Below are positions 1-13,100 of a DNA stretch of 64,000 bases, piece by piece. Origin of the DNA: Vitrella brassicaformis CCMP3155 (taxonomy: Eukaryota > Protista > Chromerida); contig CDMY01000338.1 of NCBI GenBank assembly GCA_001179505.1, positions 49,572 to 113,571 on the forward strand. The letters are read 5' to 3'. The number at the start of each line of letters is the position of its first letter. The first letter of the stretch is position 1. Position numbers and translations under genes: made by a program. The notes under the pieces were generated by a model. It did not search any database. It saw only the letters and a program-made list of their open reading frames with translations, and was not told the origin of the DNA.

Positions 1-70
1 CAGCAGTGACGTCACCTCTCGTCAGCAGGCAGCCGGCCCATCCACGTGTGTGCTGAGAGCGACACAAAAA

Positions 71-1630
71 ATGGCGCGGCTTCAGCTGAGCAGCTACGCA
101 TTGCACAGCAGCGGGGACCGTCACCGATTTCTCGACGAGATATGGCCGTTTCTCATCCGCAACGAGGCCTATCACACGCATACCATCTCAGTTCTGCAAG
201 CAGCCGGGTGTCTTCCTCAGTCGCCTTTCTCGTCAGTGCCACTCCCATGCTTCGACAAAGACCCCTTTCGCCCACCCATCTCTTCATACGCCTTCGCCGA
301 CAGTGCCGCTGCATCCGGCGATGATTATGTAGAGGTGCTCTGCTACGCACTGGCAGCGGCAGCAGATGACCCCGCACAGCCAGCCTGGACGGCCGTGCGC
401 TGCGTGGCTGTGGTCGCCGTGCCCCGCGATGAGTCAACGGGAGAGGCCAAGGTCGCATTCACGCCGCTCTATGCGAGCGCATCATCCCACGGAGATGCGG
501 CGACCTTCACGCAGGCCGACCTGGATCAACCGGCGGTGGACTCAACTATTCAGCCTCTCATGGCCGCGGTGCAGGCGGTGATCAACGCTCATGCGTTTGA
601 GAAGATCCGCATCAACGGCCCGGCGCCCATTGTGTCGGGCATCCACACGGGGTGTGAGGCGGCTGTGGGTGAGAAGGAGGGGTGGCTGGGTGGCCTGTAC
701 GACAACACGGCGTGGATCAAGGACGGTGCCTTCAATGCATATGCGCTCGACCTGACCGACCTGCGCCGCACCCTCAGCGACCCTGATCTGTGGACAAATG
801 CGGTCGTCTCGCCCTCGCCGCTGCTTGGCGTCAACTTCACAGCCGCCGACCCGACGGTCCACCCGTCCCTCAAGGCCATGCAGCAGAAGGAGCCCATCGT
901 CATCTACCAGTGGGATGGCAGTGACGGGTGTGTCACTCCCGAGACATCCACTGGCTCGCTGCCGTCGGTCAACAGCAACAGCGACAGCAGCGGCGACAGC
1001 AGTGGCCAGGACGACCCTTTCCAGCCCCCATTGCCCCCGTACCAGTTGGTCTTCCCGTCCCTCTCTCCGGAGTCGGTCGACCGCCACGTCAAGTGGGAGG
1101 AGCACTACATGAAGCATTGGGTGCAGAGCTACCCGTTTCTGGCCAAGTATGCCGTGGCCGACGTGCTTCGTCAGCGCATCACGGAGTCCTTGTCGAGCGG
1201 ATCGATTCTCGTGCTGCAGCGAGGCGACGAGCAGCCGCTGTGTCGGTCCTTCTTCCGGATGTCTGAGGGTGGCGTGGCGGAGGTGGGGGGCATCATGACC
1301 TGGCCGCAGTACCAGGGGAAGGGCTATGCCAAGGTCATCACTGCCGCACGTAAGCAGCCTGACACACAGGGGAGGAAGGCATGTCCTTTACTGTGTTGTT
1401 TGTGTGTGTGGCTGATTGACTGGTCTTCAGAAAGTCTCTTGGCTTTCAGTCGCGGGTTTCGTGTGTGTCGCCTCATGACAGAGGCCAGCAACGGTGCCAG
1501 CAACCACATCTACAGTGGCCTCGGCTACCGGTGCATAGGCAGACCCACCCATCTCGAGCTGTCGAGAAAGGGCACCCACGAGAACAGTGCAGAGGCGGAT
1601 GCAGCTTGCGCCTCCAAGCTGTGCAGGTGA
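71..1630 (+). CDS. GNAT-family acetyltransferase (C-terminal FR47-like domain); one 81-nt in-frame intron at 1350..1430
   Basis: First ATG at 71. C-terminus has AEVGGIMTWPQYQGKGYAK (acetyl-CoA motif A) and, after splicing GTAAG..TTCAG, QSLLAFSRGFRVCRLMTEASNGASNHIYSGLGYR (GNAT motif B). Confidence 0.8.
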   Translation: MARLQLSSYALHSSGDRHRFLDEIWPFLIRNEAYHTHTISVLQAAGCLPQSPFSSVPLPCFDKDPFRPPISSYAFADSAAASGDDYVEVLCYALAAAADDPAQPAWTAVRCVAVVAVPRDESTGEAKVAFTPLYASASSHGDAATFTQADLDQPAVDSTIQPLMAAVQAVINAHAFEKIRINGPAPIVSGIHTGCEAAVGEKEGWLGGLYDNTAWIKDGAFNAYALDLTDLRRTLSDPDLWTNAVVSPSPLLGVNFTAADPTVHPSLKAMQQKEPIVIYQWDGSDGCVTPETSTGSLPSVNSNSDSSGDSSGQDDPFQPPLPPYQLVFPSLSPESVDRHVKWEEHYMKHWVQSYPFLAKYAVADVLRQRITESLSSGSILVLQRGDEQPLCRSFFRMSEGGVAEVGGIMTWPQYQGKGYAKVITAARKQPDTQGRKACPLLCCLCVWLIDWSSESLLAFSRGFRVCRLMTEASNGASNHIYSGLGYRCIGRPTHLELSRKGTHENSAEADAACASKLCR

Positions 1631-3580
1631 TCATGAGACAGCCGTCGATCCGTGGATGGTGGTGGGGTGGTGGAAGTGGTGTTTTGTAGTCGTATTGGTT
1701 GTGGCGCGCCTTTAGAGCGCCTTTCAATTTTCGTGGCGGGGTGTTTTATTGTCCTTCCGGCTTGCCTCTGACTGGCGTTTTGGACTGGTTGACGATTTTC
1801 GCGGACACCCGGCACCCTCTGTGTGTGAGGGCTGCATGTTTGTCGGATCGGATAAGACGTGACTATACGCTACACAAGCGTTGATTCTGATCCAGCAGTC
1901 GCGTCTCTCTCTTACACGCACGCAGGTGTGTCTTTGTCTCCGCTGCACATGTCGCACCCACACCGTAGGAAAGAGACTAAGTAGCTCGTCCGTCTCTAAG
2001 TGCCGTGGATCATGTGCACACTGAGCCAGCCAAAAGAGAGCACCAACAGGCGATCGACGGTCACACAATGTGTCCTTATGTTGGTCAGCACACACACACA
2101 CACACACATACGCGCTCGACTCGTACGAACGAATCAACACAAACACCACCACGCGCCAGACACATGTCTCAGCCCGACAAAGAAAATCCACCCGACACAC
2201 GCTGCCTGCAGCACGGAAGGCACACCACGACCGGCGATCGAAGTCCTCTTCCTGTACACACGCCCCTCTCCCCTCCCCCCCACCCCGACCTATGCGTGAC
2301 GGAAGAGACGCGGGACCATCGAGCAAAGCAGAAAAGAGCCATGAAGTCACAGGTGGAGGCCTGCCTGTCTGCCTGTGGGTGTGGTGTGGTGTAGTGCGGT
2401 GTGCAAAGACGCGAGAGCGATAGACACACAGACAGCGCATCCTCGGTTCGGGCAAAAACTCTCATCAGCCGTAGCCAACACCGATTCACCGACACACACA
2501 CACACACACACAGACTTAGACAGGGAGAGAAGAGGGGAAAGGCACACGCACGCAACGAAGGCCAGCCAACAACAGCGTTCGCCTTGCCCTCAATCGCATT
2601 CGCGATGAGATGATTGCTGGTCGGCCACCCCATCCCGCTCGCCATCTAGGCATCCCCCTACCGACAAAAATGCGTGTAACCGAACGAACAGGGGGTGTCG
2701 CACCTCGCTGCCTGTCTGGTGTTCTCATCGACCGCTTCTCCTGTCTCATCTGTGTCCCGCCTGTGCCTGTCGCTCACCGCCCCGCACTCGGCCATGGTCA
2801 CGAAGCATACTGCAGCCACTTGCCGTGGTGCAATGTGCTCCGTGACAAGGCCAAGGGCGAAGCAGAGAGGGGGCTGGTGCGGGGCATGAGACAGCGAAAC
2901 ATGACCACAAAATGGAGGGGATTGAGAGAGATGAACGTCGCAGTTATGACAACAACGTGTATGGACTTGTTGTGTGTCGGCTGGTGGTACGTGTCTGCTG
3001 TCCTGTGTGCAGCCGGCCGGCCCTCCTTGAACCTGCTCGAGATGTGAGTGTCTGAACACATCTTCCGCAGATCCAAGCAGACACACTCACTCAGAACATC
3101 AGGCACAACCACGCCCACTCACCAAAAGAAGCCACACAGCATAAATCCCTCGTTAGGAAACACAAGCCATTCATGGATGGATGGCTTTTCTGTCCGCTAG
3201 CTATGCCTTTCGTCTCGTGTCGTTTCGCTCATCTATCTGCCCCTCTGTCTGTCTGTCTTTCGTTCTTTCTACGGTCACCGTACGCACAGCAGACTATGTG
3301 TGTGCGGTGCGCATGTACGTGTGAGGGTAAAAACCCGCCCGCCCCTCTCATGGCATGGCGGCCAGCCAGCCCAGCCAGCCAGTGAGTCAAAATCGCCATC
3401 CATCCCACCCCGCCCCACCCCACCTCTCTCTCTCCCTTGGCCATCCTCTGGTGCGGTGCAGCCGAAGAAAAATAGCGGGCGGGCACCATGACATCACAAA
3501 CACGCACATCCAGACGTACACATTGTTGTCATTCGTCACATCACGCCACACCCCACACCCCGGGGGAGACACACCAAGTC

Positions 3581-5026
3581 TCATACGTCCCCGTGCGTCT
3601 TGCCCCTGCACTCCTCTCCCTCCCCCTCCCTCTCCCTCTCTGCAGCTACTACAGGCAATGCCCTCGACGCTTCCTCCTTCGCACTGCACTCGGTGATTGC
3701 CGGTGGAGACAAAGACGGTGACGATGGCGAGGATGGTGGCGATGACGCCGCTCTGTCCTTCTCCCCTTGCTTGTCAGCCGCAGGAGTGTCGGTGACGGCT
3801 CCCGCCGTCTGCAGCACCGTGATGGTGCTGACGTCCTTGTCCTCCCTCGCACCCACGGCTGCGGTGATGGGCCTGCCAGCCGGTGTCTCGATCTGGATGG
3901 ACTCGACGCGCGGCAGATGCAGAGAGGGGGTGGGAGGGGGAGAAGAGGGAGAGGGAGAGGGGGATGAGGGCGGTGTGTCTGAGGAGGTGGTGGCGGTGGT
4001 GGTTGTCTCGGCCTTGTTAGTGTCCTCTTGCTCGAGCTTGTTCATTGGCGAGAGGCACGACAGCAGGATGGACCAGCAGAAGCTCACACTCGCCGCGAAG
4101 GCAATCCGAAACTGTCAGCAAGGCAAGACCCACACACAAACAAACAGAGAGGGATGTCTGGCTGTCAGAGGTGGCCAGGCAGGCGCAGGTGAGTGAGTGC
4201 CTGCCAGACCAGACCAGACCAGACCTGCATGGGCATGAGTGGTCCGAAGTTGATGAAGTTGGCGGGGATCCATATCATGGCGTAGCGCGGAATCACACCC
4301 CCAATCTCATCACAGTACATTTGCACGCCCTAACAAGCCGCACACGCACTCGCAGATGCACGTGCAGAGAGTGTCCTTTCGTTCGTGCTCGCTCGTGTCG
4401 GCTGTTCTGTTGAATGGTTGGTGTGTTGTTGTGTTGTGTTGTGTTGTGTTGCGTAGCGTAGCGTACGTCTGTGACAGATTTGCCATTGAGGACGGCCTTG
4501 AAGAGGTAGTAGTTGGGCATGTACAGCAAAGGAATGTACACAAAACACTCTGACATGACAACACAACACAACACACACACAGAGGTGGCCAGCACTCACG
4601 TGAGGTTGAGTCTGTCTGTCTGGCTGTCTGTCAGTGTGGTGTCACCCCTTCTCGACTCGACTCACCGGTGAGTGTCTTCTTGAGTGCGTTGACCAGAGTG
4701 GTCGACGTGCCGTACATACGCGTGAACACCACATTGTACGCCCTGCACTCACACACACACACACACACATGCCCTCCCTCCCTCTGAGTGATCCCTCCCT
4801 CCAGGCAGGCATCCTTCCTGACTGACCAGTGCTGTATAGCGCCCGTCTGCACGGCTCCCCACAGAGTGAACTTGAGGTTCCTGCCGACGTCGAATTTGTC
4901 GTTTTTCTCGACGACCATCTGCGCGAGGCAGTCGCTGGCCGAGGCCTTGATGGCGCAGGTGCAGAAGGCCATCACGTACGGGTGCTTGTCGTAGTTCCGC
5001 TTGTACCAGCCGAAAAAGCCCCTCAT
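3581..5026 (-). CDS. Mpv17/PMP22 family membrane protein, multi-exon, with low-complexity Ser/Pro C-terminal tail
   Basis: Exons read MRGFFGWYKRNYDKHPYVMAFCTCAIKASASDCLAQ...GRNLKFTLWGAVQTGAIQHW, AYNVVFTRMYG, MPNYYLFKAVL, WIPANFINFGPLMPMQ, FRIAFAASVSFCWSILLSCLS; these match Mpv17/PMP22 family motifs. Confidence 0.85.
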
Positions 5027-6783
5027 CGTATCGTGGGTGGCGGGAGGGGGGTGGGAGGGAGGGGGGGAGGGGCAGACAGACGTGCAAGCGGGCCGATCGG
5101 CCTGTTCGGCTGCCCTTAGATGCTCACTCGACTGCAGTGATTGCTTTGCCTGCGCCGAAGGCAGTGATTGGGGAGGGAAGGATGTCGCGAAGCGTCGAGA
5201 ACCGGCTCGCAACAAGTGTTTTTTCGCACCCTAACTCGTCGGGCGACGGTTCTTTCAAATCAACGCGTATGTGCGTGTGTGTGTGGACAAATGCATGATG
5301 AGTGCATGGCAGTGTCTGCGGCCTCTGCAGCCAATGGATACAGTGACCAACCCGACGCATGTCTCTCGTTAACACACGGTTGCTGATGTGACTGACGCAC
5401 ACATGGCATGATACTGTCTGTCTGTCTACCCTGTTCGTTCTACACGCACCCATCCCCCCACCCCAACAGGCACAACAAGCACACACGCACGATGATGGAT
5501 GGCCGGGCCCATAAAGGACTTTGCAAATCACATCTAGTAAAACACCCGCACGCACATGTGCAACGTCACGCGCTCGGCAGGCAGGCAGGCAGGCAGGCAG
5601 GCAAATCAATCAATCCCCCCCGCCCATCGACACACACACACACACACACACCACACACACACACAGACACACATACAACGCACAGATGAAGCAGTCCCAC
5701 CAGGTGAGCCGGCCGGCCGATCGGCCTGTGTGAGTCGGCACACACGCATCCGGCCGGCCGGCCGGCAGGCACGCCGCAGCCAAGAAATGATAAGCACACT
5801 GTCTGTCTTACGCACCTACCTACGCGTGCGTACCAACGATTGGTAATACGAAAAAATGAATGGCTGGCTGGCTGGCTGGCTGTACAAGAAGAGATTCGTG
5901 GAGGATGGCTGGCTTGGCTGGATGGATAAGTGGATGGATAAGTGGATTGGATGGGTGTGGTTTGGTGAGTGTATTGTGTGTGTGAGAGTCTGTGGCCTCG
6001 CGTCGCGTGTGACTCGACTGTTTGGGAAAATTGACACGCGTGAGATGGCGTACGAACGTCCACCCATCCGCTTTGGGAGAGATAGTGCTGCTGAGCTGAG
6101 CTGACATCATCTACGTCTGGCTGGCTGGCTGGCTGGCTGCATGGCTGCATGGCTGGCTGCACGCACACGATGGACGGATGGACGGATGGATGGATGGATG
6201 GTACAACAAGACAGACGGAAAAACAGCCGTGACGAGCAACAGCCTGCCTGCGATTGGTAACTACGTAAGAAGGGCACCGCCCCGCCCCGCCCCGCCCACA
6301 TGCAATTTACTTGCGATAGATCGCTACGATTACTGCATCCACTCACTGTACAGAAGGGCAAATAACACACCAACCAACCAACCAAAAGCAAGACACACCG
6401 AACGAACATCCACCCCACCTGTACACTAAGTACAACACCCAACACACAACACACAACGAAGCCAATGCATGCACTATAATGTACAAAAAGACCAAAACAC
6501 ACCGAACGAACGAACGAACGAACCGACCAGCCCAACCTAACCCAGCGGGCGACACCCACCCAACCACGCACGCAAACCGTAAACAAAACCCAACTGGCTG
6601 ACAACACACACAAACCGAAAAACCGACCCTCACCCCAACCGACCCTCAACCGACCATCCGCCACACCAACAGGCAAGCTAACCTCTCTTTCTATACACTC
6701 ACTTCCACGTGGACCCACACACAACCCAACCCAACCCAACCCGCCGAATGAATGCATTGGGTCTGTCTGTCTGTCTACTTTCT

Positions 6784-7260
6784 TTACTTGCCCTTGAGGT
6801 GCCGAACGCGTGACGTTTTCTTGGCCTGCACGCACTGGCCCGTCTTGTCGTCGTACACAAAGTGCTTGGGGCAGCTGCGCTTGGGTTTGGCCGTGTCGAC
6901 CCGCTGACACCTCGCGCCCTTCTCGTCGCCCTCCACCGGAGAGTAGTTCTTGGGGCAGTAGGTCTCTTTCGCCTCATACGCCTTGCCCTCACACATACTG
7001 CAGACAGACAGACACACAAAGAAGAGACAGCCACGCGGGCATTGGAGTGAGTGACTGAGTGAGGGTGTGTTCGTGTGTTCGTGGGCGGGGAGCGAGGGAG
7101 GGAGAGGGTGCGGTACCTACCCAGTGTTTCGGTTGTATGTCGTGTCGTCCGAGCATTGCCGTGCAGGCCCCTGGTAGACGTCGGTGACGCACTCGCCGTT
7201 GATGAGGTAATACTTGGGCGGACAGTATCGCGTGGGCGGCACCTGCTGCGTCTGATGAAC

Positions 7261-7291
<31 letters not shown>

Positions 7292-9227
7292 AAAGCGACA
7301 CACACCGAGGTAAATGGTGTTTGTGCTTGCATGCTACGCGTGTGAATGTCCGTGAGTTAGTTACCTTTTCGCACATGTTGTCTTTGTACTCGTAGGACTT
7401 GGGGCACAGCAGCTTCGGCTGCCCTTGGAGCTCCTGCACACACCGGTCCTTCTCGAGGTCATACTCTGCACCAACACACCACACCAACAACACTTGAGGG
7501 GACTGGACTGCCGAAAAGGCCAACGGCCGATCTCACTCACTCACCAGGTGGGCAGTCGTAGTCGGGCCTGGCCTCGACGTACTTAATGCACACAGTACCG
7601 TCTTCGCTGAGAATGGTGCCCTTGGGACACCTGGGCTCCTCGTTGGCCTCTCTCACCCTCTCGCACACACCATTTCGCAGCGTGTACCTGACCAAACAGA
7701 GTGAACACAACACAACACATTACGGAAGGAACAACAGACACTGATAGATGCAGCAGAGATTGGGGCAGTACGCCCCTCCCTCCCTCTCTCTCTCTCTCTC
7801 TCTCTCTTCATGTGTGTGTCGCATACCCTTCAGGGCATTTCTGCGTGACGTTTGCCGTCCTCATTCGCACGCACGTGTTGTTGACCACCTCGTAGTCGGG
7901 CGGGCAAGTGAACTGAGGCAAGACCTCTTCCTCTTTCTCACACGGGGGAGGGCTGCCGTCCTGCAATCCACAACACACACACATACACCACACAGCACAC
8001 ACACATTTTCGAGCCCGTCTGTTTGCTGACGCACTCACTGACGCACTCACCGAGCAGACAGTCTCTGGCGGTTCGGTCATGATTTGGCAGACCGACTTCT
8101 CGCAGTTGCCTGTCTGATTGTTGTAGGTGTACGCTGCGGGGCACTTGATGACCTCGTCCAGGATCTCCTCCTTCTTGCACACCCCGTCGACCAGCTCCCC
8201 GTCGTCGCACGAGGCCGTGGCCACCAGCTGGTCCTCCTGCACACACTCGTCGTTCCTGCAGGAATGAAACAATGAAACGAACCAGCCAAAACACACACAC
8301 ACACACACACATAGGAGAGATCTATCGGTCACATGCCGTCCTGTCTGTCCTTGCAACGTACGCGGTGTATTCATAGCCCTCGGGACACTCCTTCTCAGTG
8401 TCGGTCTGCTCCAGTGCCACACAAGTGCCGTTCCGCCGCTCATAGCCGTCGGGACAGACCCCCTCAGCAGGGCCCGCCACCTGCTTGACGCATACCCCAT
8501 CGGCGTGGTCGCCCTTCTTGTGATGCTTCGGAGCCGCCACCACGTGCTTCTTGTGGTGCGTCTTCGGCGGCGTCACCTCTTTCTTGTGATGCTTCTCGGG
8601 CGCGGGAGCCGTCTTCTTGTGGTGCTTCGGGGGCGGGCTCTTCTTGGGCGGGGGCTCTTTCTTGGCTTGCAGCTGGCGAGTGTGCTTCTTGTGTCGGTGG
8701 GGCTGGAAGTCGTAACCGTCGGGGCATGACGGCGTGGGGTCCTCATACTTCTTGCGCACACACACACCTGGCACGCGACACACAGAAGAATCAATTGATG
8801 GGAGCATGCTTGCAGACCAGACCGGGGCATGGCATGGTGACCGACCGTTTCTGTAGGTGCCTTCGTCGCACTCCTCCTTCGGATGCAGCTGCATCACCCT
8901 GATGCAGGTCATCTCACCGGGCTTCTTCTCGTACCCCTTCGGGCACCTCATCTGTACAAGGAATGCACCAAACCCATGCATGGATGTGTGTGGTTCTTGC
9001 CTGCCTCAGGGGAGGGGTGTCTAGTCTACCTGGGGGTCCGCCCTCTTGGTGGTGACGCACTTGCCGTCGAACTTCTCGGTGCCGTCGGGGCAGTCGACGT
9101 CGGGCGGGTGCGATATCACCTTCACACACTGACGCTTGTTGCTGCTGTCCGGTTTGTAGCCTGTGTATGACACACACACACACAGACAGAGGCACAGAAA
9201 GGGATCTGCAGATGTGGCCCAATCTGA

Positions 9228-9261
<34 letters not shown>

Positions 9262-9384
9262 ATGTGTGTGTGTGTGTGTCGCGTACCACTTGGACATCGC
9301 ACCTCTGCAGGAGCGTACTCAACCTGCGTGTGTCCATGGAGCAATCACACACACGAACGCCCCCCACCAATCCGATCATCAACC

Positions 9385-9417
<33 letters not shown>

Positions 9418-9704
9418 CGTGGCCCCATGCCCATGCGCACCTTTTCGCATTGCTTGCCAATCATCTCATAGCCCTTGGGACACTCATGCGTCGGCGCTGC
9501 TACTGTCGACCCTGCATGACATGACAGGATGAAAACCATCACAACACTGAGGCAGGCCCTCATGCATCCCTTCATCTCATCTTCTCGCGCACCTTTCTTG
9601 GTGCCCTGGGCCGCACCCCTGAAGCTCATCAGCGCCCACAGGAAGAATAAAAGACGGAGGTGGAACGGTAAAGCGAACGACGACGATGTCGATGAGGGCC
9701 TCAT
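6784..9704 (-). CDS. Oocyst wall protein (COWP/OWP)-like secreted cysteine-repeat protein, many exons
   Basis: N-terminal hydrophobic signal (LRLLFFLWALMSFRGAAQG) followed by many regularly spaced CPxGY...C repeats (CPKGYEMIGKQC, CPDGTEKFDGKC, CPEGY, CPPDYEVVNNTC, CPKNY, CPKHF) and a His/Lys-rich insert. 3' end uncertain (possible GC donor near 6790). Confidence 0.8.
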
Positions 9705-10187
9705 CGGACAGACGAGAGAGACAGATCAGTCACACACACAGATAGATAAAAACGACAGAAAGAATCAACTGCCTCAAGGCTGTGGCTTGGGTGTGGTGTA
9801 TGCGATAGATGTGGGAGGTGCGATGCGATATCTGGTGCCAGGTGCGTGCGATGGTACGATAGGTACGAAACCTAAATGGTCTGGGCTCCCTCCTCCCCTC
9901 TGTTGGTTGCCGTGAGATCTCTCGCAAAGCAGTGGATCGCCGATCCACTGACTGAAAAGACGGGGTGTGTCTCTGCTGTTCTGGCCTTATTCGACGCGTG
10001 ACTGTGCTGTCACCATCCCCAGAGTCCACTGCTATCCATAGCGGCTCGAAACTCGCCGAGACTCGGGACCGCCCAATCACCCCCACCCCGACAGAACTGC
10101 TGAAGAGTGACACAGGGTGTGATTGCACTGTTGCAGCACGCACTGGGTCCCCCTGCACACCGCCCACTCAGTGCATCTCCATCCTTT

Positions 10188-13100
10188 ATGGCTGACATCG
10201 ACGGCAGCTCTTCTCCCCTCCCTCCCCACCCCTCCGGGCCCTCCCGCACCTATCCCGAAGCACGGCTGCCGCATCTTCAGGCCAGCAGGGCGCGGAACGC
10301 CATGTATGTCACGTCGAGAGGCACCATCGTTGAGCCGCTGCTCGAACGACGCTTCAAGCCAATGACCCAGACCACCGACAGCCCACAGCAGACAGAGAGG
10401 AAGACCGCCACATCTCAACACACCCGCCCACGCACCAAAGGTGCGAGGAAGCTGTCGGCACAGACCTTCCCGTATGAAGCCAGGTTCGCCCGGTCGCCCC
10501 AGCCGGTGCAGGCGCGTGTGACGAGGCATTCCCTTCTGCATCCTTTGACACTTGGAGATCCTGTAGATTCTGCTGATAAGAAGCAGAATGGTGGTGGTGC
10601 TGGTGGTGCTGTGGTTGGTGAGGATCGTGAAGCGGGCGAGAAGGAGAGGGCGGTGCTGCGGGAGATGGAGGAGGTCGCAGCGGTGCCTGTGGAGACACCG
10701 AGCCCTCTTCTGCTGCATCCGGCTGTACAGACCGCAGCAAGTAACGGGACGCGAGTAAGCACACACACACACGAGAGAGAGAGAGAGAGAGAGAGACATC
10801 TCCCCTGCACAGACACACCGACATTTTCTCTTTGCTCTTTGCTCTTTCTCTGTGGTGCTGCGTGCAGGTGGTTGTGATGAGTGAGGACGCCTGGAACCGC
10901 ATCAAGCGCGTCGTCAGCACCGCCGTCGACGCCAAGAACACCGCCGAGGCAAAACACCGCGAGGCACAGAACAAGCTCCTCTTCACCAAGAAAATCGACG
11001 ACCTCGAGTACAGAGTCGCCAAACTCCAGTCCGAACGCATCGAGCTCCTACGGGACCTCGGCACACGCGAGGCCGCCTTCTCGTCATCCTTCTGCCTGAA
11101 AGCCCGGCTGGAGGCCTGCAAAGTGGCGAGCATTGGCATGGTGGATGCGCTGGAGGCCTCCCTCAAGACAGTGCAGGAGCAGAAGCATGTCGAGGAGAAA
11201 CTGGAGGAGGGCATGACACACCTGGGGAGGTTCGAGCACAACGAGCGGAAGGCGCTCGACGCGAGAATGGTGGATGAGGCGCTGGCTGGTGACGAGGAGG
11301 CAGTATCCGCGTCGGATGACGTCGGCAGGGAGGCCGCGCAGTGGCTGCGGTGCGTCATGGGAGGGATGGAGTCGCATGAGGGGAGCATGGTGCTGCACCG
11401 GTCCTCGGGGATCATCAAGGTGACAGGCAAGGCCGATCCGAGCTCGGGCGAGGGCCGATACTGCGTTGTGACCATCTATATCACCTTTCTTGCCATGCCG
11501 GTGGGTCGGGTCGGTGGGGAAAAAGATACTTTACGACAAAGGGAACCATGGGAAGAGTGGGTAAGGGAGTGTCTTTGCTTTATCTTCAGGGTGCGTATGT
11601 TCCTTCGGCAGGTGAGGGTGCCCCGTTCCATCCACCGACGTACCTCGAGCACTCCAGACAAGCGGTAGGCGAGCCAAAAGGCTCGATACCTTGCCCTCCC
11701 TCACTGCTGTGGTGATGGTCAGGGATACTCCCGCGATCCTGTCAGCCCCGGCGCCAGCCCGTGTTCACCGCACGGAGCCGCGGCGGGCGTCCCTTCTGTC
11801 ATGCCTGAGCTGATTCTGGTGGTGTTCGACGTCATGGTGAGTCAGCCCGGCGTCATTATTCTCCGCCAACCGGTACCCTGTCTCTTTTTCTGTGTGCCTG
11901 TGTGTGTCAGGCGTCGACACACTATTGGGTACCGCTGCCTCTCGACATTCAGGTGGGCTGACCCGAGCCGACCTGCCTCTGCCTCTGCCTGTCTGTATGT
12001 CATCGGATGGATGAATGTTTTCAGGCGACATCAGTGGACGACCTGGCTCAGCAAGTCATCCCTGACTGCCACTTCTCGGTTCGTCGGTTCGGTACCCCTC
12101 CCTCTCACACACACACATTAAATAACTACCAGGGGGCGTAACGTCCCTGCGTGTGCGTCTCCCTCCCTCGGGTCAGGCTGAGGACTCCAACGGCCATCTT
12201 CAGTTTACCTTTGCCTTTGCCGGCCGGCACAGGCCATCCGGTGCTCTTGTGTGGAAGGGACACATGGTGCTGCAGACCAGGCATGGCGATCATGGCGATT
12301 CAGCAGGCCAAGGCAGAGGGAGACAACACGAAGGAGCCAGTAGTGGCCGGTTTGTTGAGATCACCATCAGCGAGGGGCCGTGCAGATACTTCACTGTCAG
12401 GTGAGGACGGACACACGATGAAGGGATGGATGGATGGATGGTTCTGTCCATCTGGTGGATTGGGTTTGTGTCTCGCTGTCGTGCACGCCGCATGGCATGG
12501 ATGTAGGGCTTTTGACCCGGCGGCATGTGAGCTGTATAGCTCATTTGTCGACAGAGACACGATTGAGGTATGAGATGTGCCTGTGCACCGAGAGACGAGC
12601 AACAGCCCACGGAGCGCCTGTCCGTGCCCTGTGGCCGCTCTCTCTCAGGATCTGGTTGAGTGCGAGGACGACGGCGGCAGTGACGCCGATACCTCCCCTA
12701 CTGGTGGCTCCAAAAGCACGACAGTAAGTGACCAAACAACCAAGCCCCCCTTCATCTCACAAACATACATACAAACATACATACCCCCTCTCTCCTTTCC
12801 TCACTCAGGTGAAAGCCATCCTCCGGCACCTCTTCCTGGACCTGCGCGCCAACACCCTCGCCCTTGACGAGGACATCATCGCCGAAAACGCTAGAATCCA
12901 GGCAACATCCCTCTCGCCAACACCGCGCTCGTCGGTCCCCCTGACGGCCGCGACGAGCGCCACTCCGCCGCATAAGGCGTTCCAGGCGATGGAGGAGGAT
13001 CGGCGGTGTGTGGTGTTCCGGCAGGCTAGTGCCATGGGAGAGAGAGGGGGAGACAAGAGGGGAGGGAGATACCACCTGGCGATAGTGCAGGCTAATCTGC

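Noticed and set aside
1724-3507. Overlapping ORFs between the GNAT and Mpv17 genes
   Set aside because: Dominated by CA/TG microsatellite translations (THTH, CVCV); no defensible gene model.
5300-6780. Short-period repeats (GGCA, GGAT, CCAA, CGAA) as a regular array or CRISPR
   Set aside because: Ordinary microsatellites in UTR or intergenic DNA; no conserved repeat with unique spacers, and the context is eukaryotic.
10354-11475. 373-aa minus-strand ORF
   Set aside because: Antisense shadow of plus-strand coding exons; it runs through microsatellite introns.
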